From positions 416 to 64,415 of the forward strand of contig JBEVJN010000042.1 in assembly GCA_040510135.1 (NCBI GenBank): 64,000 nucleotides of DNA. The letters are read 5' to 3'. Positions within the stretch are counted from its first letter, which is position 1. Each line of letters opens with the position of its first letter. Position numbers and translations under genes: made by a program. Source of the DNA: Acidimicrobiia bacterium (GTDB lineage: Bacteria > Actinomycetota > Acidimicrobiia > Spongiisociales > ZC4RG35). Shown in pieces: positions 11,306 through 21,948 of the stretch. The notes under the pieces are model-generated. The model searched no databases. It saw nothing but the letters and a program-made list of their open reading frames with translations, and was not told the origin of the DNA.

Positions 11306-12796
11306 TCAGACCCAGCCGAGGGATCGCTCGACCGCCTGCTGCCAACGATGATGGAGCCGATCACGCTCCTCGACGCTCATCGAAGGGGACCAACGGGCAT
11401 CCTCCGACCACAGGCTCCGTATCTCGTCGAGACCCGACCAATATCCGACGGCGAGGCCCGCCCCGTAGGCGGCGCCGAGAGCGGTGGTCTCCGCGACCAC
11501 CGGTCGGATCACGTCCACTCCCAGGATGTCGGCCTGGAATTGCATGAGCAGGCCGTTGGCCGTCATCCCACCATCGACCCGGAGCTCCAACAGATCGACA
11601 CCGAAGTCGGCGACCATCGCATCGAGGACGTCGCGGGTCTGAAACGCCGTGGATTCGAGCGCAGCGCGTGCGATGTGACCCGCATTGGCGTACCGGGTGA
11701 GGCCCGCAATCACGCCTCGCGCATCGGGCCTCCAGTGCGGGGCGAAGAGACCGGAGAAGGCAGGGACGAAATAGACGTCGCCGTTGTCCTCGACCGATCG
11801 GGCCAGAGCTTCGACTTCGGAGGCGTCGTCGAGAAGCCGCAGATTGTCTCGAAGCCACTGCACCAGCGAACCGGTGACGGCAACAGAGCCTTCTAGAGCG
11901 AACACCGGACGCCGCCCGGCGACCCGGTAGGCCACCGTGGTCAAAAGCCCGGCGTCCGAGGTGACCGGGCTCTCCCCGGTGTTGAGCAGCATGAAATTCC
12001 CCGTGCCGTATGTGTTTTTCGCCTCGCCGGGATCGAAGCAGGCCTGACCGAACAGAGCCGCCTGCTGGTCGCCCAGGATCGCGGCCAGACGGACCCCGGC
12101 CAGCGGCCCGGTGCACCCGATGTCGATTCCGATCGACGGGACGATCTCGGGGAGAATGGCCGCCGGCACACCGATTTCGAGGCACAGGTCGGCGTCCCAG
12201 GTCGTCGTCGCCAGGTCCATGAGGAGCGTGCGCGAGGCATTTGTGCCATCGGTGACGTGACGTCCGCCGTCGGGGCCGCCGGTGAGATTCCAAGCAATCC
12301 AGGAGTCGATGGTGCCGAAGGCCAGCTCCCCCCGTTCGGCGCGCTCGCCGAGATCGAGATGATCGAGCAGATAGCGGGCCTTGGGCCCGGAGAAATAGGT
12401 GGCCAGGGGAAGCCCGGTCTTCGCCCTGAATCGGTCCGGGCCTGCATCGCCGGCCAACTGGGCGCAGAGGTCAGCGGTACGTGTGTCCTGCCATACGATG
12501 GCGTTGTGCACCGGCTCGCCTGTCGCCCGGTCCCAGATCACGGTCGTCTCCCGTTGATTGGTGAGACCAACTGCCGCGAGCTCCGATGCCTTGAGTCCCA
12601 CTCGGGATAGAGCGCCTTCGATGACCGATGTCGTGTTCGACCAGATCTCGACCGGATCGTGCTCCACCCACCCTGGCTGGGGGAATATCTGGCGATGCTC
12701 TCGCTGATCGACCGCCACGACCGCCCCGTCGTGGTCGAAGATCATGAAGCGAGTCGAGGTGGTGCCCTGATCGAGGGCGCCAATGAGGTCGGGCAT
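11306..12796 (-). CDS. glpK: Glycerol kinase
   Basis: [15 protein letters not shown]...[13 protein letters not shown]...; FGGY kinase family. Start trimmed to ATG 12796, because the 586-aa ORF version overlaps the upstream gene. Confidence 0.95.
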   Translation of the reverse strand: MPDLIGALDQGTTSTRFMIFDHDGAVVAVDQREHRQIFPQPGWVEHDPVEIWSNTTSVIEGALSRVGLKASELAAVGLTNQRETTVIWDRATGEPVHNAIVWQDTRTADLCAQLAGDAGPDRFRAKTGLPLATYFSGPKARYLLDHLDLGERAERGELAFGTIDSWIAWNLTGGPDGGRHVTDGTNASRTLLMDLATTTWDADLCLEIGVPAAILPEIVPSIGIDIGCTGPLAGVRLAAILGDQQAALFGQACFDPGEAKNTYGTGNFMLLNTGESPVTSDAGLLTTVAYRVAGRRPVFALEGSVAVTGSLVQWLRDNLRLLDDASEVEALARSVEDNGDVYFVPAFSGLFAPHWRPDARGVIAGLTRYANAGHIARAALESTAFQTRDVLDAMVADFGVDLLELRVDGGMTANGLLMQFQADILGVDVIRPVVAETTALGAAYGAGLAVGYWSGLDEIRSLWSEDARWSPSMSVEERDRLHHRWQQAVERSLGWV

Positions 12797-12804
12797 GTCG
12801 ATTC

Positions 12805-13602
12805 CTAACTTTGGAACGCGGCCCGGCGATCGTCCACCGACAACCCCCGCCGGATGTAGCTGGACGTGCCTTCCGACAGCAACTCCCTGGCCGCGGCGGC
12901 CAGCGCCCCGTAGGCGGCGAAGGCAAGGGCACCACCGGTCGAGACCCGTCTGACACCGGCTGCGGCCAGTTCCGCGACCGTTGGCCCATCGACCCGAGCC
13001 AGGACATTGACCGGGGCCCCGGATTCGGATACGGCTCTGGCGATTTGGCCGATGTCGACCAACCACGGCGCGTACACGACGTCTGCTCCCGCCTGGCGGT
13101 AAGCCGTCAGCCGGGCGATCGTGTCACCAAGATCGTCGATCCCGTAGAGGTGGTTCTCAGCCCTGGCGGTCAGCACAATCCCATGCGATCGGGACACCTC
13201 GGCTGCAGCGGCCACCCGTTCGACGGCGATGCCGATCGGGTCGATCCCGGAGTCAGGGTCATAGTCCTCGATCGATACCCCTGCAGCCCCGGTGCCGGCA
13301 ATCCTCTCCACGGTTGCTGACACACCGGCGGCGTCGTCGGCAAAGCATCGCTCGGCGTCGACGCTGACCGGCACCTCGACCGCTCTCACCAACGCGTCCA
13401 CATGCGCCAGCAGTTCCTCGATCGTCACCTGCTGATCCATCCGGCCCAACGAGGCGGCGTGCCCCGAGCTGGTAGTTGCGATCGCCTCGAACCCGAGCGA
13501 GGCGAGAACGCGGGCCGATCCGATGTCCCAGGCATTGGGCATCACGAAGCAGCCGGCCTCGTGGAGCTCGGCGAATCGGGTGCGCTTGCCGGCCGGAGAC
13601 AT
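12805..13602 (-). CDS. Isocitrate lyase/PEP mutase superfamily protein (2-methylisocitrate lyase-like)
   Basis: [29 protein letters not shown]...GVSIEDY are typical ICL/PEPM motifs. Confidence 0.75.
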   Translation of the reverse strand: MSPAGKRTRFAELHEAGCFVMPNAWDIGSARVLASLGFEAIATTSSGHAASLGRMDQQVTIEELLAHVDALVRAVEVPVSVDAERCFADDAAGVSATVERIAGTGAAGVSIEDYDPDSGIDPIGIAVERVAAAAEVSRSHGIVLTARAENHLYGIDDLGDTIARLTAYRQAGADVVYAPWLVDIGQIARAVSESGAPVNVLARVDGPTVAELAAAGVRRVSTGGALAFAAYGALAAAARELLSEGTSSYIRRGLSVDDRRAAFQS

Positions 13603-13665
13603 CGTGGCCGGAGGCTAACGATGTGAGATGGCCCTCGATCTGATCAGTCAGCCAAACGGAAGAAG

Positions 13666-14310
13666 TCAGGACAACGGTTCCCGACCCCTGTGGGCTGCCA
13701 TCTCCTGGGCCCGAGCCGGGTCGGTTCGCCAGAGCTCGACAACATCGGCGGCATCCTCGATCATCAGCGCGACCTCGCCGCGCTCCGCCTTGTTGAAGGG
13801 GCGAAGTACGAAATCTGCTGGATCCATCTGGCCCGGCGGTCGCCCGACACCCAGCTTGAGACGGTTGAAGTCCTTGGTCCCGAGGGCAGATTCGATGGAG
13901 CGGACCCCGTTGTTGCCCCCGCTCCCCCCACCCACCTGGAGACGGAGTCGACCGAAGGCGAGGTCGATGTCGTCGTGCAACACGAGAACGGCCTCAGGGG
14001 CCAGCCCGAAGTAGTCGAGCAGGGAGCGGACCGCGCGGCCCGACTCGTTCATGTATGTCATCGGCACGGCGTAGAGAAGACGCTCGCCTCCCACCCCGAC
14101 CTGGGTCATCTGGGCTTGCACCCGCGAGGGGCCTTTGCCCAGCTTCTCACCCGCTCGTTCCAGGACGCGGGCCAGCACCTCGTATCCGAAGTTGTGTCGC
14201 GTACCTTCGTAGTCGGAGCCGGGGTTGCGCAGCCCGATGACGGCGCGGGCCGGCTTACCCGCCTGACTCGCTTCCGGATTCGTCCGCAGCAGATTCCTCA
14301 GCCTGGCCAT
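13666..14310 (-). CDS. pth: Peptidyl-tRNA hydrolase
   Basis: VIGLRNPGSDYEGTRHNFGYEV...HDDIDL...GGHNG-like core. The start is uncertain: ATG 14310 overlaps the rplY 3' end by 56 nt, and no ATG/GTG/TTG lies closer. Confidence 0.85.
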   Translation of the reverse strand: MARLRNLLRTNPEASQAGKPARAVIGLRNPGSDYEGTRHNFGYEVLARVLERAGEKLGKGPSRVQAQMTQVGVGGERLLYAVPMTYMNESGRAVRSLLDYFGLAPEAVLVLHDDIDLAFGRLRLQVGGGSGGNNGVRSIESALGTKDFNRLKLGVGRPPGQMDPADFVLRPFNKAERGEVALMIEDAADVVELWRTDPARAQEMAAHRGREPLS

Positions 14311-14947
14311 CGGGCTCCTCACCCTCGACGAGCTCCTCGCCCTCGACCTCCTCACCCTCGACCTCTTCGGGCTCCTCTTCGATCTCAGCGGCCGGGGCGG
14401 TGACGCTCATCAGCACGGTCTCGGGATCCTCGGTGTAGAGCACTCCTTCGAGCTCAGGTAGATCGGCGATGCGAAGGGCATCACCGATGCCGACGCCGGA
14501 GATGTCGAGTTCGATGCCCGAGGGAATCGCCGTTGCCAGTGTCTCCACGACGACATGGGTCTTGCTGGGGGAAAGCACTCCACCCTCCTCGACTCCCGCC
14601 GGCGTGCCCAAGAAGTGAATGACGACCTCGGCGTGAACCGTCTCGTCGAGGGAGACGGTCACGAAGTCGATGTGGCGGTACTCGTTGCGGAACGGGTGTC
14701 TCTCGATTACCCGGGCCATGGTCAGGACCAGGTCCTGGCCCTCGATCTCGAGGTTGATCAGCGCATTCGCCCCGGCCTCGGTGTGGAGGGCCATGTGGAG
14801 GTCGTGGGCATCGACTGCGACGTTGATGGGGTCAATGGCCTTGCCGTACACGATCGCCGGGACGCGGCCGGTCCGGCGAAGACGACGCGATTCACGCGAG
14901 CCGGTGGGCCGGCCCGTCTCGGCGCGCAGAGTTACTTGCGAGGACAT
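14255..14947 (-). CDS. rplY: 50S ribosomal protein L25/Ctc with an acidic C-terminal tail
   Basis: RRLRRTGRVPAIVYGK...NALINLEI... matches the L25/Ctc fold sequence. The tail is Glu-rich. Confidence 0.9.
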   Translation of the reverse strand: MSSQVTLRAETGRPTGSRESRRLRRTGRVPAIVYGKAIDPINVAVDAHDLHMALHTEAGANALINLEIEGQDLVLTMARVIERHPFRNEYRHIDFVTVSLDETVHAEVVIHFLGTPAGVEEGGVLSPSKTHVVVETLATAIPSGIELDISGVGIGDALRIADLPELEGVLYTEDPETVLMSVTAPAAEIEEEPEEVEGEEVEGEELVEGEEPDGQAEESAADESGSESGG

Positions 14948-14983
14948 CTAAAGGGCTCCTTGAGGAGGTGGGTGGAGGCCCAA

Positions 14984-15646
14984 TTATGGCCCGGTTACGT
15001 TGCTTGTGCCAGACGAGACCGAGTCCATCCAGGCTGATGTGGCGGAAACGAGACGGTCCAGCATCGCGTCCTCTGTCCACCCTCCTCCCCGGAAGGAGTG
15101 GCTCGCCCCTTCGAGCAGCTCGACGCTGACGTTGGGCAGAGACCGGATGTGCCGATCGAAGAGCTCCATGCGGCTCAGGGCATCCCGGGTCCCCTGGAAG
15201 AAGAGCAGCGGGACATGCACATCCTGGAAATGGGCGACGCGGAGCCGATCTTCCTTGCCGGCAGGATGAAGCGGATAGGCATAGAGAATGATCCCGGCGG
15301 TGGAAAAGCCCTCGGCAACGAGATAGGTCGCCATGCGCCCCCCCATCGACCTTCCCGCCAGGAAGAGATCATCGACTCGTGCGCCGAGGAATTCGGCAGC
15401 GGCACGATGGACCTCGACGAGCCGCTCGGTACGATCGGGCCGCTTCGAGCCCCTCTCGGTGTAGGGATAGTTGAAGGTCATCACCGTGTAGCCGGCCCCG
15501 GCCAGCCCATCCCGAAGGGAGGTCATGAAAGGATGTTCCTGGTTCGTCCCGGCACCGTGGGCGAGGAGCACACCGGATGGGCCCGACCCGGCGAGGCGCC
15601 CGGAGACCTGGCCGTCGGGCAAAGTGATCGCGGTGGTGGTGGCCAT
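14984..15646 (-). CDS. Alpha/beta hydrolase (dienelactone-hydrolase/KANL3-like)
   Basis: LLAHGAGTNQEHPFM and nucleophile elbow GRSMGG in a 220-aa single domain. Confidence 0.7.
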   Translation of the reverse strand: MATTTAITLPDGQVSGRLAGSGPSGVLLAHGAGTNQEHPFMTSLRDGLAGAGYTVMTFNYPYTERGSKRPDRTERLVEVHRAAAEFLGARVDDLFLAGRSMGGRMATYLVAEGFSTAGIILYAYPLHPAGKEDRLRVAHFQDVHVPLLFFQGTRDALSRMELFDRHIRSLPNVSVELLEGASHSFRGGGWTEDAMLDRLVSATSAWMDSVSSGTSNVTGP

Positions 15647-15677
15647 GGGGCAAATTTAGGGCAGGTACCGTGGTCGG

Positions 15678-16355
15678 ATGGAGACGATGGTCCATGAGAC
15701 GCCCGAGGATGTGGCCGAAGCGGCCGCGAAGAGGGTGGCCGACCTCCTGATGACGTCGGTCGATCGATTCTCCTTCGGTCTGGCCGGTGGCTCCACGCCG
15801 GAGGCCACCTACAAGGATCTGCGGGGTCGGGCTTCAGGCTGGAACAAGGTCGACGCGTGGCTGGCAGACGAGAGATGGGTGCATCCCGACCACGAGCGGT
15901 CGAACGGGCGAATGGCCGCGAGCGTCCTCTTCGACCATGTCGACGCCGTTCTTCACCGTCCGCAGTGGAGCGAATTGATCGAGCCCGCCGACTCAGCGGC
16001 CCACTACGAGGCCAGGCTCAGGTCGATCCACGCCGGAGGCCGCCCCGACGTTGTCTTGCTCGGCGTTGGGGAAGACGGCCACACGGCCTCGCTCTTCCCG
16101 GGCACGAGGGCGCTCTCGGAGACGGGCCGATGGTTCGTGGCCAACCACGTGCCTGCTCTCGATGAGGATCGGCTCACAGCTACCTTCAATCTCCTGTGGA
16201 GGACGCGGCTCCTGATGGTCCTCGCGGTCGGCGTCGCCAAGGCAACCGCAGTGCTCGCGAGCTTCGAGGGGACGACGCCAGCCGGACAGTTGGGCGATGG
16301 CGAGGCCAAGGTCGAGTGGTACCTGGATCGGGACGCCGCGTCGCTGCTCGGCTGA
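15678..16355 (+). CDS. pgl: 6-phosphogluconolactonase
   Basis: FGLAGGSTPEATY...LLGVGEDGHTASLFPG. Confidence 0.85.
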   Translation: METMVHETPEDVAEAAAKRVADLLMTSVDRFSFGLAGGSTPEATYKDLRGRASGWNKVDAWLADERWVHPDHERSNGRMAASVLFDHVDAVLHRPQWSELIEPADSAAHYEARLRSIHAGGRPDVVLLGVGEDGHTASLFPGTRALSETGRWFVANHVPALDEDRLTATFNLLWRTRLLMVLAVGVAKATAVLASFEGTTPAGQLGDGEAKVEWYLDRDAASLLG

Positions 16356-17200
16356 TCGCCGGCGCCCTGGCCATCTTCGTCGTGGTCGCTTGCGACCCGC
16401 CCTCAGGTTCTGAAATGAGCAGGACCATATCTATCGACGTGACGACAACCGCCCGGCTCACGCCCTCCTCCTCAACGGGCGCCACGACCACCACACACGT
16501 CTCCCCGGTCGATCTCGAGGTCCGGGTGCCAGAGGGGGAGGGACCGTTCCCCACTGTCGTCCTAGCTCATGGGGGTGGATGGGTCGGCGGGTCGCTGGTG
16601 CTCATGAGCGACCTGGCGCAGTTCCTCACGGAGGCCGGTTTTCTCACCTTCAACACCGAGTACACCCTCTCCAACGGCGTCGCTGGCTTTCCATCGGCGG
16701 TCGACGATGTCGCCTGCGCCGTCCGCACTGCCGCCGATCATCCGGCCAGCGACGGCACGGTCACGGTCGTGGGCCACTCGGCGGGGGCGCATCTGGCCGC
16801 GCTCGTCGCTCTAGACACCGATGTGTACGGCCGGGGGTGCGCGCTCACTGAGCCCGTGATCCCGGACCGTCTGGTCGGGCTCGCGGGCCCCTACGACGTG
16901 GCGCGGCTCGGGCCGTTGATTCTTCCGTTCTTCGGGGTCCGCCCCAACGAGGACCCCGAGATGTGGCAGGCCGGCAATCCGCTCAACCAGGTGACGAACA
17001 ACCCCGACCTGGCCAGCCTGATCATGCATGGCGAAGAGGACGGCCTGGTAGACCTGAGCTTCGCCACCGACTTCGCAGAAGCGCTCACCGCTGCGGGATC
17101 CGAGGCGGTTGTCGAGGTGGTGGAGGGGGCACGTCACAACGAGATGCATGACCCGGACGTCGTCGGCGATTTGATCCTCGCCTGGTTGGACCGGGACTAG
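16316..17200 (+). CDS. Lipoprotein esterase/lipase (alpha/beta hydrolase fold-3)
   Basis: An in-frame GTG at 16316 gives the signal peptide VVPGSGRRVAARLIAGALAIFVVVAC (lipobox). It also has the HGGGW oxyanion motif and the GHSAG nucleophile elbow. The longer ORF version overlaps pgl. Confidence 0.7.
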   Translation: MVPGSGRRVAARLIAGALAIFVVVACDPPSGSEMSRTISIDVTTTARLTPSSSTGATTTTHVSPVDLEVRVPEGEGPFPTVVLAHGGGWVGGSLVLMSDLAQFLTEAGFLTFNTEYTLSNGVAGFPSAVDDVACAVRTAADHPASDGTVTVVGHSAGAHLAALVALDTDVYGRGCALTEPVIPDRLVGLAGPYDVARLGPLILPFFGVRPNEDPEMWQAGNPLNQVTNNPDLASLIMHGEEDGLVDLSFATDFAEALTAAGSEAVVEVVEGARHNEMHDPDVVGDLILAWLDRD

Positions 17201-17604
17201 ACCGGCCTTTCTCCTGGCCGGAGGATCCACGCGCTGTCGTGAGGTGTCATCCCGATCTTCGGGTAATAATCGACCGCGGCCGGCGCAGCGAGGAGAATCA
17301 CCGTGGCCTCGGGCGTCGCCTCGCAAGTGAGACGTACCAGCTCTTTGCCGATGCCCTGGCCCTGGTAGTCGGCTCGCACCGCCAGGTCGGAGAGATATGT
17401 GCAATAGACCCAGTCGGTGACGCACCGTGAGATCCCGACCATCAACTCCTCGTCCCAGGCGGATATCACCAGATCGGCATCACCGAGCATCCGAGCCATT
17501 CGTTCCGGGTCGTCGACGGGGCGTCTCTCGCCGAGGGTGGAGTCGACGTAGAGCTCGATCATCTCGTCCAGGCCGATGTCATTACCGGTGCGATAGGTGA
17601 TCAT
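17197..17604 (-). CDS. GNAT family N-acetyltransferase
   Basis: DLAVRADYQGQGIGKELV is acetyl-CoA binding motif A. Start trimmed to ATG 17604. It shares the palindromic stop CTAG with the esterase gene. Confidence 0.75.
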   Translation of the reverse strand: MITYRTGNDIGLDEMIELYVDSTLGERRPVDDPERMARMLGDADLVISAWDEELMVGISRCVTDWVYCTYLSDLAVRADYQGQGIGKELVRLTCEATPEATVILLAAPAAVDYYPKIGMTPHDSAWILRPGERPV

Positions 17605-17710
17605 TGGTCTTGATCGTAGGATGACCTGGTGAGGGCCCCGGCGAACAGGCTGGCTGTGTGATCGGGCTCGAGTCCGGTTCTGTTCGGTCAGGACCACCCG
17701 ACGACGGTTC

Positions 17711-18610
17711 TCAGCTTCGGCTGATGTCCCTGGCGGCAACGCGAGGGCCAAAGCTCGGCTCATGGCCCAGAGTGTGGAGGAGCCGGGTCACCCGCCCTCG
17801 ATGAGGCCGGAATGGCTCGAGCAGCTCCAGCATCTCCTCGTCTGTTCCCCGCGGCCGGCGAGTCAGGTGATACACCACGATGTGCTTGAGGTGGAAGTCG
17901 CCGACATCGACCTGGTCGGCGTCACCATGGGATACGGAGAGGGTCTTCGACACCGTCCAGAGCCCCACCCCTTGGATCGTGACCAACTGCGCCGCCGCCT
18001 CTGATGGAGTCGCTTCTCTGGCTCTGTCGATGCGGACCGCGGACGCCGCAACTCTTCTGAGCAGGTCCGCCCGACGCTTCTCCAGGTGCAGCCCGTGATA
18101 GACCCAATACGGTGCAGAGGACATTCGGCCCGGGTCCGGTGGCAGACGCAGCTCCCGCGGCCCCGGCGCCGGATCACCGAACTGGCGCCGCAGGCCCCGG
18201 AGCGCGGCTGTCGCCTGTTCCCCCGTCACCTTCTGGCCGCAGATCGCGCGCACCAGGGCATCGAAAACCAGATCAGTCCTCCCGAAACGCCAGCCCGGGT
18301 GACGTTGATGCAGTTCTCCGACCAGAGGGTGGTCGGTCTCGAATTCCGTAGGGTCATCACCGAGCCCGGCGATGATGCCGAGACGGTCGAGCAGCCATGG
18401 CCCACCGGTCCCCCAGGCATCACCAAATAGGTCTTCCTTGGTTCGTCTGATCCGAAGTGAGCCCGGTCCGAGCGGGGTGCGCGCTGTCAACCACCAGCCA
18501 TCATCGGCGAACCATCCATGCAATGGACGAAGGGTCGCCTTGAGATCGAGGGGTCCGTCGATCGGTATCGAATCGCTGATCGCATCCACGGGCGAAATCA
18601 TCGTCACCAT
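17711..18610 (-). CDS. DNA-3-methyladenine glycosylase II-like (HhH-GPD)
   Basis: HhH motif VTIQGVGLWTVSKTL followed by HGDADQVDVGDFHL. Confidence 0.7.
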   Translation of the reverse strand: MVTMISPVDAISDSIPIDGPLDLKATLRPLHGWFADDGWWLTARTPLGPGSLRIRRTKEDLFGDAWGTGGPWLLDRLGIIAGLGDDPTEFETDHPLVGELHQRHPGWRFGRTDLVFDALVRAICGQKVTGEQATAALRGLRRQFGDPAPGPRELRLPPDPGRMSSAPYWVYHGLHLEKRRADLLRRVAASAVRIDRAREATPSEAAAQLVTIQGVGLWTVSKTLSVSHGDADQVDVGDFHLKHIVVYHLTRRPRGTDEEMLELLEPFRPHRGRVTRLLHTLGHEPSFGPRVAARDISRS

Positions 18611-19119
18611 CGATCGTGATGGACAACCTCCTCGAACGGTCTGCGGGCCGGGTTCTTGATCGGCTTCAGCGGCCGGTCTCCTGGATAACCGAGCCCGAGC
18701 AGCCAGGTGAGACGCCGATCGTCGGGTAGACCGAGGACCCCCGCCGCAAGCTCGTAGTCATGCACCGAAGCCGTACGACTTCCGATCCCGAGATCGGCGG
18801 CGGCGATCATCATCGACATTGCCGCCTGCCCCAGGTCGTAATTGATCACCGCCGTGAGACGTAGATCGTCGCTGAACGGGGCCACCAGGCCGACAGCTGC
18901 GGCGGCGTTGGCGATGTGGCCCGCGCCTTGCCAGACGTGAGAGATTTTTTCCAACTGTGCACGATCCCGGATCAGGACGAAATCCCATCCCTGTTTGTTG
19001 CTTGCAGACGGAGCACGGCGCCCCGCTTCGAGGATCCGCTCGAGGTCGGCATCCGCGAGCGGTGTCGCGTCGTACTCCCTGGTGGCGCGTCGCGCCGTGA
19101 TGGCATCCCATGTTTCCAT
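18604..19119 (-). CDS. Nitroreductase family protein
   Basis: RRATREY...APSASNKQGWDFVLI is the typical nitroreductase N-terminus. Confidence 0.8.
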   Translation of the reverse strand: METWDAITARRATREYDATPLADADLERILEAGRRAPSASNKQGWDFVLIRDRAQLEKISHVWQGAGHIANAAAAVGLVAPFSDDLRLTAVINYDLGQAAMSMMIAAADLGIGSRTASVHDYELAAGVLGLPDDRRLTWLLGLGYPGDRPLKPIKNPARRPFEEVVHHDRW

Positions 19120-19142
19120 CGGCGCAACCTAACGCGGGCGGA

Positions 19143-21359
19143 TCAGACCGGGATCACCTCGACCGGGATCCCGTTCAGAATGGCGTTGCCGGAAATCGGA
19201 TCCATGGCACCGGTAGAAAGGCGGTTGGTATTGACCCCGGGGCGTTCGGCGGCCACCGAGAGAACCGAGCCGTCGAGGTCGTGCCCCCAGCCGTGGGGCA
19301 GACTGACCACGCCACTCATTATCGAGTCCGTGATCTCGATCGGAACGGTGAGCGTCCCCGCCGCGGATGAGACTTTGACCCGGGCCTCGCCGCTCAGACC
19401 CAAACGTGCTGCATCGTCCTGGTTGATCTGAAGGGTGCAGCGCTCTTTGCCCTTGACCAGCACATCGATGTTGTGCATCCACGAGTTGTTGGATCTGATG
19501 TGCCTTCGTCCGATGAGCAGGAAACCGCCGTTCGGCGAGCGACCGACCGAGCCAAAGAGCCTCGGTACGTCGGCCAGCAGTGGCTCGGGCGCCAGTTCGA
19601 CTTTCCCCGAAGGGGTACACAAGTCCTCGGGCAGGCGGGAGTGGAGTGGCCCGAGGTCGATCCCATGCGGCGCCCCTTTCAACCGCTCCAGAGTCAGCCC
19701 GTCGGGATCGGCCCCGTACCCATCTCCGTACGGGCCGGTCCGCACCAGGAAATCCAGCATTCTCTCCGGGCCGCGGCCCCCGGTCGTCGCCGTGAAGATC
19801 TCTTCGGGATCGCGGCCGTGGATCGGCGAGCGCGGGTTGCCGGCTGCCGATCCGACCATCAACCCGAACACGCCGTCGTCCAGCACGTCGAGGTCGGCGT
19901 CCCGGCCCTGCCCGGACACCGTGGCACCGAGCCGGAGCAACACCTCCCACTCATCGGGAGTGTCATCGGCCAGCGGGAACAGCGGTGGTGAGTAGTTGGC
20001 GATGTTGCGGACGGCAAGCTGATTGAAGGCGAAGTCGTAATGGGGCCTGCGGAGGGGAGAGGCGCCGGGAAGGATCACGTCGGCGTGACGGGTCGTCTCA
20101 TTCAGGTAGATGTCGATCGACACCATGAAGTCGAGTCCGGCGAGCGCCCCATCGAGGCGATCACTGGACGGCGCGGACAAGACAGGGTTCCCGGCGATGG
20201 TGACGAGGGCGCGAATCTGGCCGGGGCCTGGCTCCAGGATCTCATCGGCCATGGTCGACACCGGGAGCTCGCCCCTGACCTCGCCTAGCCCCTTGACCCG
20301 GCTCTGCCATCGCCCGACCTGGAATCCCCTCGGTGCCCTCGGCTGCTCGTGGGCGGCATGAGAGAACATGGCGCCGCCGGGACGGTCCAGGTTCCCGGTC
20401 AAGACATTGAGGACGTCGACCATCCAGGACGCCATCGTCCCGAACTCGGCGGTGTGGGTCCCGATCCGACCGTAAACGGCGGCCGAGTCGGCGCTTGCCA
20501 GCTCTCTCGCCAGCCGCCGGACACGACCCGGGTCGACACCAGTCGCATCGGCGACCCGCTCCGGAGTGAAGGGCTCGACGGTTGCCGCCAACTCGTCGAT
20601 GCCGGCGACGTGGGCCTCGAGGGACCCCGGGTCGACCAGACCCTCCTCGAAGAGGACACTGGCAAGGGCAAAGAGAAACAAGGCATCGGCGCCGGGGCGG
20701 ATGAAGACGTGCTCGTCGGCGGCGTCTGCGGTCCGAGTACGACGTGGGTCAACCACGACCACTTTGCCACCGCGCTCCCTGATCGTCTGGAGACGACCAG
20801 GCCAGTCGGGGGCGGTGGCCAGGCTCCCGTTCGACTCAAACGGGTTGGCGCCGAGCATCAGGAGGTAGGAGGTCCGGTCGATGTCGGGGACCGGGATCAG
20901 ATCCGGATGGCCGAACATGAAACCGGAGGAGACGTGCTTTGGCATTTGGTCGACGGTGGCTGCGCTGAAGATGCTCTTGGTCCCGAGCATCTTCAGAAAG
21001 ACCCGCGGATAGAGAGTGCCCGACATCGAGTGGACATTGGGGTTTCCCAGATAGACCCCCACTGAGCCAGTCCCGTGCTCGGCGATGATCGGCAGGAAAC
21101 GGGACTCGATCAGCTCGAATGCCTCATCCCACGTCGCCGGCTCATGACGGCCGCGCCGCTTGATCAGCGGCCAACGCACCCGATCCGGGTCCTCGTCGAT
21201 CTTGCCCAGAGTCGAGCCCTTGGGACAGATGAACCCGTGACTGAAGACGTCGTCACGGTCACCCCTGATCCTGACGACCTTCTCGTCCTCGTGCGTCACC
21301 TCGAGACCGCAGGTCGCCTCGCAGAGTGGGCAAGTCCTGAAGTCGATCGAGGTGGTCAT
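19143..21359 (-). CDS. Molybdopterin-dependent oxidoreductase (formate-dehydrogenase-like family)
   Basis: N-terminal 4Fe-4S motif CPLCEATCGL plus molybdopterin and C-terminal molydop-binding regions. No in-frame TGA. Start trimmed to ATG 21359, an ATGA overlap with hxlR. Confidence 0.85.
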   Translation of the reverse strand: MTTSIDFRTCPLCEATCGLEVTHEDEKVVRIRGDRDDVFSHGFICPKGSTLGKIDEDPDRVRWPLIKRRGRHEPATWDEAFELIESRFLPIIAEHGTGSVGVYLGNPNVHSMSGTLYPRVFLKMLGTKSIFSAATVDQMPKHVSSGFMFGHPDLIPVPDIDRTSYLLMLGANPFESNGSLATAPDWPGRLQTIRERGGKVVVVDPRRTRTADAADEHVFIRPGADALFLFALASVLFEEGLVDPGSLEAHVAGIDELAATVEPFTPERVADATGVDPGRVRRLARELASADSAAVYGRIGTHTAEFGTMASWMVDVLNVLTGNLDRPGGAMFSHAAHEQPRAPRGFQVGRWQSRVKGLGEVRGELPVSTMADEILEPGPGQIRALVTIAGNPVLSAPSSDRLDGALAGLDFMVSIDIYLNETTRHADVILPGASPLRRPHYDFAFNQLAVRNIANYSPPLFPLADDTPDEWEVLLRLGATVSGQGRDADLDVLDDGVFGLMVGSAAGNPRSPIHGRDPEEIFTATTGGRGPERMLDFLVRTGPYGDGYGADPDGLTLERLKGAPHGIDLGPLHSRLPEDLCTPSGKVELAPEPLLADVPRLFGSVGRSPNGGFLLIGRRHIRSNNSWMHNIDVLVKGKERCTLQINQDDAARLGLSGEARVKVSSAAGTLTVPIEITDSIMSGVVSLPHGWGHDLDGSVLSVAAERPGVNTNRLSTGAMDPISGNAILNGIPVEVIPV

Positions 21360-21844
21360 GTCGCGGCGGCCGTCACCTCGCCGGTGCGGTCCCGGACAAC
21401 CGGCAGGGGCGGCTCGATCCGGACATCCCTCCGAGTGAGCCTCTCCCCGCAATGAGCGCAGTGGGTCACGGCCTGTGCCTCGTTCCCACAACTGACATGC
21501 ACGACCGTCTGCCTATCACTACCAGCAGGTGGCTTCCATCGCTCGCCGTAACTCCACAGAGTCATCAAGACATCGAAAAGGTCCTTGCCCTGCTCGGTGA
21601 GTCGGTACTCGTATCGGGGAGGGCGATCCTGATAGAGCCGCGTCTCCAGCATGCCGTTGCCGACCAGTCGCTCGAGACGGTCGGTGAGGACATTGCGGGC
21701 GATTCCGAGGTCGTTGACGAACTCGTCGAAGCGACGGACCCCGAGGAAGGCGTCGCGGAGGACGAGGATCGTCCACGAATCATTGACCATCTCGACGGTG
21801 TTGGCCACTGCGCAATCGAGGTGCTGAAGCGACTTTCGGGACAT
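21356..21844 (-). CDS. HxlR-family transcriptional regulator
   Basis: CAVANTVEMVNDSWTILVLRDAFLGVRRFDEF...GMLETRLYQDRPPRYEYRLTEQG is the HxlR winged helix. Start trimmed to ATG 21844. Confidence 0.8.
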   Translation of the reverse strand: MSRKSLQHLDCAVANTVEMVNDSWTILVLRDAFLGVRRFDEFVNDLGIARNVLTDRLERLVGNGMLETRLYQDRPPRYEYRLTEQGKDLFDVLMTLWSYGERWKPPAGSDRQTVVHVSCGNEAQAVTHCAHCGERLTRRDVRIEPPLPVVRDRTGEVTAAAT

Positions 21845-21879
21845 GACGATCAGAATAGCGAGTTTTGGGTTGCAATGCA

Positions 21880-21907
21880 CTACTGATTCGGGTACGGTCG
21901 TCAGTAG
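21880..21907. promoter_or_regulatory. 7-bp perfect inverted repeat with a 14-nt spacer, between hxlR and a small divergent ORF
   Basis: CTACTGA-n14-TCAGTAG, 36 nt upstream of the hxlR start. Candidate HxlR operator. Confidence 0.25.
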
Positions 21908-21948
21908 CTATTCGAAACTCACAGTAGGGGTTCAGCAAGGAGGCCTGT

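Noticed and set aside
19143-21359. Possible selenocysteine (in-frame TGA) in the formate-dehydrogenase-like Mo enzyme
   Set aside because: The reading frame is uninterrupted, so there is no internal TGA and no need for a SECIS element.
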